A DNA stretch of 64,000 bases. Origin: an uncultured Bacteroidota bacterium. GTDB taxonomy: Bacteria; Bacteroidota; Rhodothermia; Rhodothermales; Salinibacteraceae. The notes below the pieces were generated by a model. The model did not search any database. It was not told the origin of the DNA and saw only the letters and a list, made by a program, of their open reading frames with translations. The position numbers and the translations under genes were made by a program. Where the stretch lies: the NCBI GenBank assembly GCA_937127285.1, contig CAKZLV010000055.1:159-64158 (forward strand), read 5' to 3'. Shown in pieces: positions 38,023 through 47,017 of the stretch. Every line of letters begins with the position of its first letter. Position 1 is the stretch's first letter.

Positions 38023-40362
38023 ATGACGCTCTTTCGGATCCCCGCTCCCGACAGCGACCGGTGCGATGCCGGACGCGCCCCCCTCTCCTCTTCCCGTGCG
38101 ACCAGGGTCGTGGCCCCCGACACGCTCGCGACCGGGGGGTGGGCCGTCCTGTTGCTCGCGATGGCGCTTCTGGCTTCTCCGGCGACAGCGCAACCGCTGG
38201 ACTACCCGACCACCCGGTCCGTCGACAGCGTCGACGTCTATCACGGAACCCGCGTACACGATCCCTACCAGTGGTTGGAAGACCTCGACAGCGAGGCCAC
38301 GGCCGACTGGGTGCAGCGCCAGAACGACCTCACGTTCGACTATCTGGACGGGATTCCCGAGCGAAACCCGCTTCGCCAGCGCCTGACCGAGCTCTGGAAC
38401 TATCCGAAGATGAGCGTCCCGCAGCGGCGGGGCGACCGCGTCTTCTTCAACCGGAATGACGGTCTGCAAAACCAAAGCACCGTGTACGTCCGCCCGGCCG
38501 GCGACGGAGAGGCCCGCGTTCTCCTGAACCCGAACACCTGGAGCGAGGACGGAACAGTGGCGCTCTCCGCCTTCAGCCCGAGCCCCGACGGCCGGTACGT
38601 CGCCTACGGAAAGAGCGAAAGCGGGTCGGACTGGAAAACCCTCTACGTGATGGACGTCTCCAGCGGAGAAGCGATGCGCGATACGATCCGCTGGGTCAAG
38701 TTCAGCAACCCGACCTGGACGGAAGACGGCGAGGGCTTCTTCTACGGCCGTTACCCGGAACCGCAGGAAGGAGAAGCGTACGAGGCGAAAACAACCGGGC
38801 AGTCGATCTACTACCACGAACTCGGAACGAAGCAGTCCGAAGACCGCCTCGTCTACGAGCGGCCCGACAATCCGAAGCTCGGCTTCTCCGTCGACGTCAC
38901 CCACGACGGTCGGTATCTCGTCGTGGAGGCGAGCGAGGGAACGTCCCCGAAGAGCGAAGTCTACCTGAAGGATCTGACGGCGGACTCGACCGAAGCCACG
39001 ACGCCGGAGGGCTTCTTCCCGCTCATCGAGGGCTTCGACGCCCAGTACAACGTGCGGGGCTCGGACGGCTCGACGTTCTTCGTCGAAACCAATCTCGACG
39101 CCCCGACCGGGCGGATCGTTGCCGTCGATGCCGAGAACCCGGCGCGCGAGACCTGGACGACGATCGTGCCCGAGCGGGAAGACGCGGTCGTAAAAGATGC
39201 TGACGTCATCGGTGGAAAACTCGTGGTGCGGTCGCTGTCCGACGTGAAGGCTCGTCTCGACATCTACACGCTGGACGGGACGGCCACCGCGACGGTCGAT
39301 CTTCCCACAATCGGAAGCGTGGGCGGCGTGAACGGCAGCCCGGATCGGTCGGAGTTCTACTACGCGTTTACCTCATTCACCTACCCGACGACGATTTACC
39401 GATACGACCTGGAGACGGGATCATCGGAAACCGTCTTTCAGCCGGAGGTCGACGTCGATGCCGACCGGTACACCGTTCGCCAGGTCTTCTACGAGAGCCT
39501 CGACGGCACCGAGATCCCCCTGTTCGTCGTTCACCGCAAGGGCCTCGAGAGGGACGGCTCGAACCCCACCTACCTGTACGGCTATGGGGGCTTCAATATC
39601 ACCGTGACGCCGTCCTTCTCCCCCCGCACGCTGGCCTGGCTGGAGATGGGCGGCGTGTACGCCGTGCCGAACCTACGGGGCGGCGGTGCCTACGGCGAAG
39701 CATGGCACGAGGCCGGGATGCTCGACAAAAAGCAGAATGTTTTCGACGATTTTGCGGCAGCCGCCCAGTTTTTGATCGACGAGGGCTACACGTCCCCCTC
39801 GAAGCTGGCGATCGGCGGCGGGTCGAACGGCGGCCTGCTCACCGGAGCCTCGCTTACACAGCGGCCCGATCTCTTCGGCGCCGTCATCGTCCGCGTCGGC
39901 GTGCTCGACATGCTGCGCTATCACGAGTTTACCATCGGCTGGGCCTGGGTACCCGAATACGGGTCGTCCGACGATCCCGAACAGTTTGAGTACCTGATCG
40001 ACTACTCCCCGCTGCACAACCTCGTCCCCGGCGTTTCCTACCCGTCAACGCTCATCACCACCGCCGATACGGACGACCGGGTCGTGCCCGCGCACTCCTA
40101 CAAGTTTGCTGCGGCGCTGCAGAAAGCCCAGGGCGGGGCGGATCCGGTTCTATTGCGGGTGGAGACGAAAGCCGGACACGGCGGGGGCAAGCCGACGTCG
40201 AAAGAAATCGAAGCCGCGGCCGACATCTGGGCGTTTCTCGTCAAGGAACTGGACATGAAAGCGCCGGGCTTGTCTTCGGCGCCCGGGCGCACCGGAAGGG
40301 ATCAGCCCGCCGACGACCCGTCGGAGGCCGGAGCCGAAAGCAAAGCCGGTCGGGACGAGTAA
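38023..40362 (+). CDS. Prolyl oligopeptidase (S9A family), secreted
   Basis: The start is at MTLFRI with a signal-like segment. It has the POP N-terminal block DPYQWLED and the catalytic triad context GGSNGGLL, DDRV and AGHGGG. Confidence 0.9.
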   Translation: MTLFRIPAPDSDRCDAGRAPLSSSRATRVVAPDTLATGGWAVLLLAMALLASPATAQPLDYPTTRSVDSVDVYHGTRVHDPYQWLEDLDSEATADWVQRQNDLTFDYLDGIPERNPLRQRLTELWNYPKMSVPQRRGDRVFFNRNDGLQNQSTVYVRPAGDGEARVLLNPNTWSEDGTVALSAFSPSPDGRYVAYGKSESGSDWKTLYVMDVSSGEAMRDTIRWVKFSNPTWTEDGEGFFYGRYPEPQEGEAYEAKTTGQSIYYHELGTKQSEDRLVYERPDNPKLGFSVDVTHDGRYLVVEASEGTSPKSEVYLKDLTADSTEATTPEGFFPLIEGFDAQYNVRGSDGSTFFVETNLDAPTGRIVAVDAENPARETWTTIVPEREDAVVKDADVIGGKLVVRSLSDVKARLDIYTLDGTATATVDLPTIGSVGGVNGSPDRSEFYYAFTSFTYPTTIYRYDLETGSSETVFQPEVDVDADRYTVRQVFYESLDGTEIPLFVVHRKGLERDGSNPTYLYGYGGFNITVTPSFSPRTLAWLEMGGVYAVPNLRGGGAYGEAWHEAGMLDKKQNVFDDFAAAAQFLIDEGYTSPSKLAIGGGSNGGLLTGASLTQRPDLFGAVIVRVGVLDMLRYHEFTIGWAWVPEYGSSDDPEQFEYLIDYSPLHNLVPGVSYPSTLITTADTDDRVVPAHSYKFAAALQKAQGGADPVLLRVETKAGHGGGKPTSKEIEAAADIWAFLVKELDMKAPGLSSAPGRTGRDQPADDPSEAGAESKAGRDE

Positions 40363-40474
40363 GGCCTGCGTGGGAGGGAGGCCTGCGTGGGAGAATGAGC
40401 GGAGGGGAACGAGCGATGACGGGTCGTTTCCCTCCTTCCTTTCAGCGTCTGCGGGACCAGAAAGAGACGATAGG

Positions 40475-41908
40475 ATGAAAGAGACCGAACCGCTATCGGG
40501 GGTCGATGCCGCATGGCTGCGCATGGACGACCCCACGAACCTGATGGTCATCACGTCGGTCCTCGTTCTGGAGGATCCGGTCGAGGTCGCCGCCATCCGA
40601 GACCTCGTGCGCGAGCGGTTGCTGGGGTTTACCCGGTTTCGGCAGCGGGTGCGCGAGGTGGGTGGGTCTCCGCACTGGGAGATCGACCCTCACTTCGACC
40701 TCCGCCACCACGTGCGGCGCGCCGCGCTGCCGGGCGAGAAAGACCGGGTCGAGCTGCAGGAGCGGGTCAGCGAGCTGATGGCCACCCCGCTCGACCCGGC
40801 CAAGCCGCTCTGGGACTTTGAGGTCGTTGAGAACTACCGCAGCGGCAGCGCCATCATCATCCGCATTCACCACTGCATTGCCGACGGCATCGCCCTGGTG
40901 CACGTTCTGCTGTCGCTGACGGACGAGCACTTCGATGCCAGCCGGTTCCCGAACACGGAAGAGGACGACTCCCGGCTCCCGCACTTGCTTCGCGCGCCCG
41001 TCCGCGCCGTCCGCAACACCGTTCATGCCGGAGAGCGGCTGCTGACCGAAAGCATCGCCTCGGTGTTGCGCCCGCGCCATGCGCTTCACCGTGCCAAGCA
41101 GGGGATGAGCTTGGGGGCGGCACTGTCGAAGTTTGCCCTCCTCCCCGAAGACTCGGCCCCCCTCCTCCAAGGCGACCTGCGGGTGCGAAAGCAAGCGGCC
41201 TGGTCCAACCCGATCGGCCTGCCGGCCGTCAAGCGCGTCGGCCGGCCGGTCGACGCCAAAGTGAACGACGTGCTGCTCGGAGCCGTTGCCGGGGCGCTCC
41301 GGCACTACTTTCAAACGCACGACGTCGACACCGAGGGCGTATCGGTACGGGCTCTCATCCCGGTCAACTTGCGGTCGCAGGAACAGGCCTTCGAACTCGG
41401 CAACCGGTTTGGGCTCGTCTACCTTGATCTGCCCATCCATCAGCGCCGCCGCCTCGAGCGCGTCCTGACGGTTAAGCGGCAAATGGACGAGATCAAGGGC
41501 TCGTCCGAAGCCGTGGCCGCCCTCGGTATTCTGGAAGCGCTCGGCTACGCCCCGCTTCCGCTGGAAGACCGGGCGGTCCGCCTCTTCAGCAGCAAGGCCA
41601 GCGCGGTGATGACGAACGTTCCCGGCCCGCGGCGAAAGCTCCACATCGACGGCCACCGCATCGAGTACATCATGCCGTGGGTGCCCCGGGCGGGCAACAT
41701 CGGCCTGGGCGTCAGCATCTTCAGCTATGCCGGCACCGTGCGCGTGGGCATTGCCAGCGACGCCGGCCTCGTGCCCGATCCGGAGACGATCCTCCACGGC
41801 TTTCGGAATGAGTTCGACGGCCTCGTCGACGACCTCTCCGACGACGCCTCGTCCTCGCCTCCCTCCATGGAGGGGGCCGATGGCGCGCGCGGGAGCGCCC
41901 CCCCGTGA
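40475..41908 (+). CDS. Wax ester synthase/acyl-CoA:diacylglycerol acyltransferase (WS/DGAT) family
   Basis: The ORF was trimmed to MKETEPL. It has the catalytic HHCIADG motif, NDVLLGAVAGALR, and the C-terminal SNVPGP-like block TNVPGP. Confidence 0.85.
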   Translation: MKETEPLSGVDAAWLRMDDPTNLMVITSVLVLEDPVEVAAIRDLVRERLLGFTRFRQRVREVGGSPHWEIDPHFDLRHHVRRAALPGEKDRVELQERVSELMATPLDPAKPLWDFEVVENYRSGSAIIIRIHHCIADGIALVHVLLSLTDEHFDASRFPNTEEDDSRLPHLLRAPVRAVRNTVHAGERLLTESIASVLRPRHALHRAKQGMSLGAALSKFALLPEDSAPLLQGDLRVRKQAAWSNPIGLPAVKRVGRPVDAKVNDVLLGAVAGALRHYFQTHDVDTEGVSVRALIPVNLRSQEQAFELGNRFGLVYLDLPIHQRRRLERVLTVKRQMDEIKGSSEAVAALGILEALGYAPLPLEDRAVRLFSSKASAVMTNVPGPRRKLHIDGHRIEYIMPWVPRAGNIGLGVSIFSYAGTVRVGIASDAGLVPDPETILHGFRNEFDGLVDDLSDDASSSPPSMEGADGARGSAPP

Positions 41909-41920
41909 CGGACGGCCCCG

Positions 41921-42427
41921 CTACTCGCGCCAGTGCCCCTCGTCGCGCTCGTCGCGGAGCATCTCGGCAAGGCGGTCCACCTTATCACCGAGGTCGTCAA
42001 CCTGCCCGCGGAGGTCGTCGAGATCGTCGCGGCTGGGCACGCGGAGACGGTCGAGCGTCTGGTCGATCTCGTCACGAACCCGTTCTTCCACGGCTTCAGC
42101 GGTCTGCGCTCCCTCGCTGGCAATGCGGCGAAGCTGTTTCGAAGCCGCCTGGGTTCGCTCTCGGCGGGCCTGCTCCCAGGACTTACCTTCTTCCACCAGC
42201 ATGTTGAAAGCGTTCGTGCCGGCCTCCTCGGCCATCGAAAGGGCGCCGAGGCCAGCGAGCCAGACGCGCCGGGTCGTCTCTGCGAGCGACTGCGCAACGT
42301 CCATCGCGCTCGGTAGGGACGACGACGCAGGTTGGTCTTGCGACGACGCGTCGGCCGCTCCGTTCTTTTTGCTCTTTTTGCGTCGGGATCCACGCGTGAC
42401 GTTGATCGTCGGCTTGCTGTCGCTCAT
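41921..42427 (-). CDS. Phasin-like PHA-granule-associated protein (TIGR01837-like)
   Basis: The ORF was trimmed to MSDSKPT. It has the RVWLAGLGALSMAEEAGTNAFNMLVEEGKSWE block typical of PhaF/PhaI-type phasins, and a coiled-coil C-terminus. Confidence 0.65.
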   Translation of the reverse strand: MSDSKPTINVTRGSRRKKSKKNGAADASSQDQPASSSLPSAMDVAQSLAETTRRVWLAGLGALSMAEEAGTNAFNMLVEEGKSWEQARRERTQAASKQLRRIASEGAQTAEAVEERVRDEIDQTLDRLRVPSRDDLDDLRGQVDDLGDKVDRLAEMLRDERDEGHWRE

Positions 42428-43028
42428 CGGAATCACCTCGGAATGGGATTTGTGATCGGGATCGCTGAGAACCTGTTTGGCGGAGTGTCTGCGGCCACCC
42501 CAAGGGCACTTCTTCGCTTCGCTCAGGGCGCTGCGACTTCGTGGATCTCGCTCCACGAAGCTACGGCACTCGCCCGGTAGCTCACCAGAGGCATGACTTC
42601 GCTTCGCTCAGCCCCCACTACAGGGCTCGTTTGAGCGCTCCGTGGAGGCTTCGCCCACTGTGTCTCGGCGTCGCATCCATCCACCAAACAGGTTCTGAAA
42701 GGGATGCAGGCACCGGACGGGGCAGTTCGTGCCCCGCTGCGGCCGGACCGGCAATCCGCCCGTCTCTCTGCCGGGGCGGAACCGACGGGCAGGGTCTCTT
42801 CATCGGTACACCCACCCCCGTCCTTCGTTCGATCGACCGGTCAACCGGCGGTTCGGTTCCGGTCGGCGACGCCTGCTTCCGGCAATGCGGGGAGGCTGAC
42901 CGGGGCTCCGTCCGGCACGCAGCACCTGCGTCCGGTATGCAGAGACTGCGTAGCGGTGCGCCTGCGTGTGCTGCGTGCGCTGCGTTGGGGGTCGCGCGTG
43001 CGGCGCTTACTCGTAGCGCTTACTCGTC

Positions 43029-43472
43029 TTACTCGTAGCGCTTCTCGACCTCGGCCGCCACTTCGTTCAGGCCGCGAAAGATGCCCATGTTGGACATGAT
43101 CCGCATCATCGACCCCTCGATCGTGTAGTCGGGCGAGGTCACCGCCTGCATCACGCCCATCTCGCCGGTGTCGACCCGGACCCAGGTTTCGTATGTGGCG
43201 GTGGCGCGCGCCATGGCCTCGCTTCGGTCGAAGGGTTCGTTGCGCAACTCCTCCGACGGTGCTTCGTCGATCCACAGGTCGACGTCATCGACGCGACCGT
43301 CCTCGAAGTGGTAGGCGGCGGAGACGTCTTCGCCGGCGGGGGTCCCGAAGCAGCGAAGAACGATCGTCTCCGAAAAGCCGCGAGCCGTGTTCAAAAACTG
43401 CTCGTCGCTATCAAGACGATCCACGAAGGCCTGGATGAAGGCGGGAGACCAGTACAGCGGCGATTCACTCAT
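43029..43472 (-). CDS. Hypothetical protein, possibly an SCP2-like lipid-binding fold
   Basis: The ORF was trimmed to MSESPLYW. It has natural acidic composition and a weak resemblance to SCP-2 sterol-transfer family proteins. The functional call is tentative. Confidence 0.45.
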   Translation of the reverse strand: MSESPLYWSPAFIQAFVDRLDSDEQFLNTARGFSETIVLRCFGTPAGEDVSAAYHFEDGRVDDVDLWIDEAPSEELRNEPFDRSEAMARATATYETWVRVDTGEMGVMQAVTSPDYTIEGSMMRIMSNMGIFRGLNEVAAEVEKRYE

Positions 43473-43629
43473 GGCAGCAAAGGAGAAAGTCGCGGAATGA
43501 CCAGGGGAGACGACCGGTCGAGAGCAGGGGAGCGTTGCGGCCCAGTGTTTCTGCATCCATTGTTTCGGGCACGTGACTTCGTACCCATCGTCCCGCCCGA
43601 GCCGGTCTCGTGAGAACGCACACGGTCTT

Positions 43630-44781
43630 TTACGCGGGCACCCCCCGGCGGTCGGCCGCCTCCTCCAGCAGCGCGTCGTACGCCTCGACGTGCCGGGACC
43701 AGTCGAGACGCTGCGGGATTTTCCGGAGCGTTTCCGGGGGCAGGGGCCGGTCCTCGTGCTCGAGAACGCGGCTCAGAATATCAAAGAGATGCTGCTCGTC
43801 GTCGTAGAGCACGGGCGCATGCAGCAGCGGGGTGTGGTGCGTTTCGGGAATCAGTTCCGGGTAGCTCAGCCCGTTCGGCAGGAGGGGGTGGCAGCCGCAG
43901 TAGATGGCTTCCATCACGGCGACGCCGAAAAACTCGTGGACGGCCGTGGACACGACGACGTCGGCCCGGTGGAGCAAGCGACTGTACTCGGCGAAGTCTT
44001 CCGCGTACCCGTAGTGCAGGATGCGCTCGGCGTAGCGCTCGAAGGCCTCCTCAAACTCGTCCGGTTGTTCGTGAAAGTGTTTGCCGGCGAGGAGGAGCCG
44101 AAACGAATGCCCGGCGTCGTCGAGCCGGTTCATTATGCGGAAGAAGCCTTTCGGGTTCTTGTCGTACTCCCACCGCTGGTTCCACAGCACCACGGGTGCC
44201 TCCGTCGGCCGCGAGCGGCGGAGGCGCCGCTCCGAACGGTAGGCGTCGTGGGCTGCAAGGTCGATGCCCAGGTGCAGAACTGTTGATTTGTCGCGGATGT
44301 CGCGAACCGTACCGAGATTGGTAAAGTCGGGGAAGTCGCGGAGGAGGAGCGGCAGTGCTTCGATGAACTCCTCGAAGTGAAAGTGGGAGTTGAACACCAC
44401 GCGGTCGGCCGCCAGCGCCGACAGGTAGTTGGTGATTCCGTACGCCCGCTCGCGCTCGCGGTCCGGGGGCAGCGGGTAGGTGAGCTGGTTTTCGTGGAAG
44501 TACATCACCACCGGCACGTCGCCGATCGACGAGCGCGTGAGCGAGAGCACCGCGGGCAGATTCACCATGTCGGACGCGAAGACAACGTCCGGCGTGAACC
44601 CGTCGTCGACGGCCTCGCGCACCTTGCGAGCAAGCGTGACGCCGCCCCCCTCCATGCGCCAGCGCCAGAAGCGTCCCGGCATCGTAACCGTCCGGAACGT
44701 GTGCCGGGAGTGCTCGACGAGGCCGTCCAGAAAGTTTTTGTGCGACCCTCCGTACCAGGGTTCCAGTGCCAGTACATTCAT
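43630..44781 (-). CDS. DUF3524-containing GT4 glycosyltransferase (GTDC1/QTMAN-like)
   Basis: The N-terminus MNVLALEPWYGGSHKNF is characteristic of DUF3524. The C-terminal GT-B domain shows WNQRWEYDKNP and HEFFGVAVMEA. Confidence 0.8.
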   Translation of the reverse strand: MNVLALEPWYGGSHKNFLDGLVEHSRHTFRTVTMPGRFWRWRMEGGGVTLARKVREAVDDGFTPDVVFASDMVNLPAVLSLTRSSIGDVPVVMYFHENQLTYPLPPDRERERAYGITNYLSALAADRVVFNSHFHFEEFIEALPLLLRDFPDFTNLGTVRDIRDKSTVLHLGIDLAAHDAYRSERRLRRSRPTEAPVVLWNQRWEYDKNPKGFFRIMNRLDDAGHSFRLLLAGKHFHEQPDEFEEAFERYAERILHYGYAEDFAEYSRLLHRADVVVSTAVHEFFGVAVMEAIYCGCHPLLPNGLSYPELIPETHHTPLLHAPVLYDDEQHLFDILSRVLEHEDRPLPPETLRKIPQRLDWSRHVEAYDALLEEAADRRGVPA

Positions 44782-44910
44782 GGCCCGTGCGATTTCACCC
44801 GTGTGAGGTGGACGAAGAGGCAGGCGACAACGCGGCGCCTCCGGCCGGACGCTGCAGCCCGCAGCCCGACGCCGCCGGAGGTGCGGGGGCCGAACGCAGC
44901 GCAGCCCAGA

Positions 44911-45153
44911 TTACTCTTCGCGAGACGTGAGTCGTTCCTGCAGGGCCTCGTCCTCGGCCGCCGTGGCGGGACGGACGATCGAGATCGTCCGCTGCTGGAG
45001 GGCTTCCCGCAGCGTCGGGTCGCGCACCTCTTCCGGGGTGATAAACGCCTCCTCGGCCCCGTCCAGGGTGATCATGCGGGACGCCAGGGATACGCTCACC
45101 GGCTCCGTCCCGGTGTTCTTGATCAGCATTCCGCGACGCTCACGATCCGCCAT
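44911..45153 (-). CDS. Hypothetical small protein (80 aa)
   Basis: Its composition is natural and non-repetitive, unlike the Arg/Pro-rich antisense ORFs. There is no homology support. Confidence 0.4.
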   Translation of the reverse strand: MADRERRGMLIKNTGTEPVSVSLASRMITLDGAEEAFITPEEVRDPTLREALQQRTISIVRPATAAEDEALQERLTSREE

Positions 45154-45439
45154 GGGTCCGGGTAGTCTGGTGAGGGAGGACGTCGTGGCTGCAGCCCGGA
45201 TGCACCTGCACCTCGCCGGCCGGGCGTCGCCCGAGCCGGCAGCCGGCGGGCGAGCAGGTGCAACCGGGTATCTGTCGGTTCAGTATACAATAACAGCCTC
45301 GGTGATAAAGAAGTGGGGTGCAAATTATCGTGAAAGTCGGGGGCGCGCGCCGGGCCGTCGGGCCGGCACGGGGTTCCTTCCCACGAAGAAATCCGCCCCG
45401 CAGACGCCGGTCGCCCCCATGCCTGGCGCTTCGAGGCGC

Positions 45440-45506
45440 GGTGCTTTCATGTTTGGTGCTTTCATGTTTCGTGCTTCCACGCGTGGTGCTTTCACGCGTG
45501 GTGCGT
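45440..45506. repeat. Tandem repeat, 15-nt unit GGTGCTTTCATGTTT x~4.4 (later copies degenerate)
   Basis: Read directly from the sequence. It ends 35 nt upstream of the comF ATG. Confidence 0.95.
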
Positions 45507-45540
45507 AGCCTTCCGTCCCCTCTCCTGTCCGTTGCCCGCC

Positions 45541-46236
45541 ATGCAGCTACCGTCCTGGATGAGCGATCTCGGACGCGGGGTGCTCGACGTGATCTATCCG
45601 CCCCGCTGCCTCGGCTGCGGGGCGCGCGCCCACCGGCCCGACCTGCCGCTGTGCGCCGGCTGCCTGCAGTCGATGGAGCGAGCGCCCGACATGGGCGTGG
45701 CCGCTCGCCTCGACCGCCTGCCCGTCGCCCCCACGGCTCTCGACGACGCGCGTGCGCTCTGGATCTTCGACAAGGGGGGCGCGCTGCAGGCGGTGCAGCA
45801 CGCTCTAAAGTACGGGGATCGGCCGGCATACGGGGCGGCCCTGGGGCGGATCATGGGTCGGGCCGATTGGGAATCGCTTCCGCGTCTCTCCGGCGTCGTT
45901 CCCATTCCCCTTCACCGCACGCGCCTCCTGGAGCGCGGCTACAACCAGGCGGCGGCGCTGGGCACAGGCATGGCCGAAGCGCTGGCGGTGCCGCTGCGGG
46001 ACGACCTTCTGCATCGCCCCCGGCCGACGCTCTCCCAAACCGACCTCTCGCGTACCGAGCGCTGGTCGAACGTGAGCCGAGCCTTTCGGGCAGAGCCGGA
46101 GGCGGCCGGCGGCACCTGGCTCCTCGTGGACGACATCATGACGACGGGATCGACGGCCGTTGCCGCCGCGCAAACCCTGCGCGAGGCCGGCGCCGCCTCC
46201 GTCACCCTCGCCGTCCTGGCTCTGGCCCGAACGTGA
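45541..46236 (+). CDS. comF: ComF-family phosphoribosyltransferase-domain protein
   Basis: It has an N-terminal zinc-ribbon (CLGCG...CAGC), RGYNQAA, and the PRTase motif LLVDDIMTTGST. The ATG at 45541 is preferred over the track's TTG at 45532. Confidence 0.85.
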   Translation: MQLPSWMSDLGRGVLDVIYPPRCLGCGARAHRPDLPLCAGCLQSMERAPDMGVAARLDRLPVAPTALDDARALWIFDKGGALQAVQHALKYGDRPAYGAALGRIMGRADWESLPRLSGVVPIPLHRTRLLERGYNQAAALGTGMAEALAVPLRDDLLHRPRPTLSQTDLSRTERWSNVSRAFRAEPEAAGGTWLLVDDIMTTGSTAVAAAQTLREAGAASVTLAVLALART

Positions 46237-46283
46237 CGGCAGGGGCCGAAACGCAGCCGGTCGTCCTTCGGCGTCTCCCGCCC

Positions 46284-46808
46284 TCAACCTATCTTGTCGG
46301 CGTGCTTCTCGCGGAGCTTCTTCACCTTCGGAGAAATCACGGCCTGGCAGTAGGGAAGCTGCGTGTTGCTCCGGTAGTAGTTCTGATGATCCGCCTCGGC
46401 CTCGTAGAAGGTATCCAGCGGCTCCACTTCGGTGACGATGCCGCTGTACACACCGCCGGCTTCCAGCTCTCCGATGACCGCCTCGGCCGTTTGCTTCTGG
46501 TCGTCGTCGTGGTACAGAATGATCGACCGGTACTGCGGCCCGACGTCGGCGCCCTGCCGGTCTTTCGTCGTCGGATCGTGAATCGTGAAGAAGATCTCCA
46601 GGAGGTCGCGATACGAGACGACCTGGTCGTCGAATCGAACCTCGACCACCTCGGCGTGGCCGGTGTCGCCGCTGCACACCTGACGGTAGGACGGGTTGGG
46701 CACGTGCCCGCCCGCATAGCCGCTCACGACTGCTTCGACGCCGTCGACTTCTTGATAGACTGCTTCCAGGCACCAGAAGCAGCCTCCACCGAGTGTTGCT
46801 GTTGCCAT
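46284..46808 (-). CDS. msrA: Peptide-methionine (S)-S-oxide reductase
   Basis: It has the GGGCFWC active site, GHAEVV, and GPQYRS. Confidence 0.95.
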   Translation of the reverse strand: MATATLGGGCFWCLEAVYQEVDGVEAVVSGYAGGHVPNPSYRQVCSGDTGHAEVVEVRFDDQVVSYRDLLEIFFTIHDPTTKDRQGADVGPQYRSIILYHDDDQKQTAEAVIGELEAGGVYSGIVTEVEPLDTFYEAEADHQNYYRSNTQLPYCQAVISPKVKKLREKHADKIG

Positions 46809-47017
46809 CTCTTCTCCGGGTACAGTGAGGGGTTCGTCGAGCGACCCGAGCCTCGGGGCTCAGGGATGAGGTGCAACGCCTGCCGGAGCGACCTGTTGCC
46901 CGAACGGCACGGGCCGGCATGCAACGATGTCGGTGGCCGGATCGACGGTCGGGTCGATGGGGGGTCGATCGGGGTCTGCACCCGGTCCGCCTCGGCGGGC
47001 CGGCGGTCCTTCCGCTC

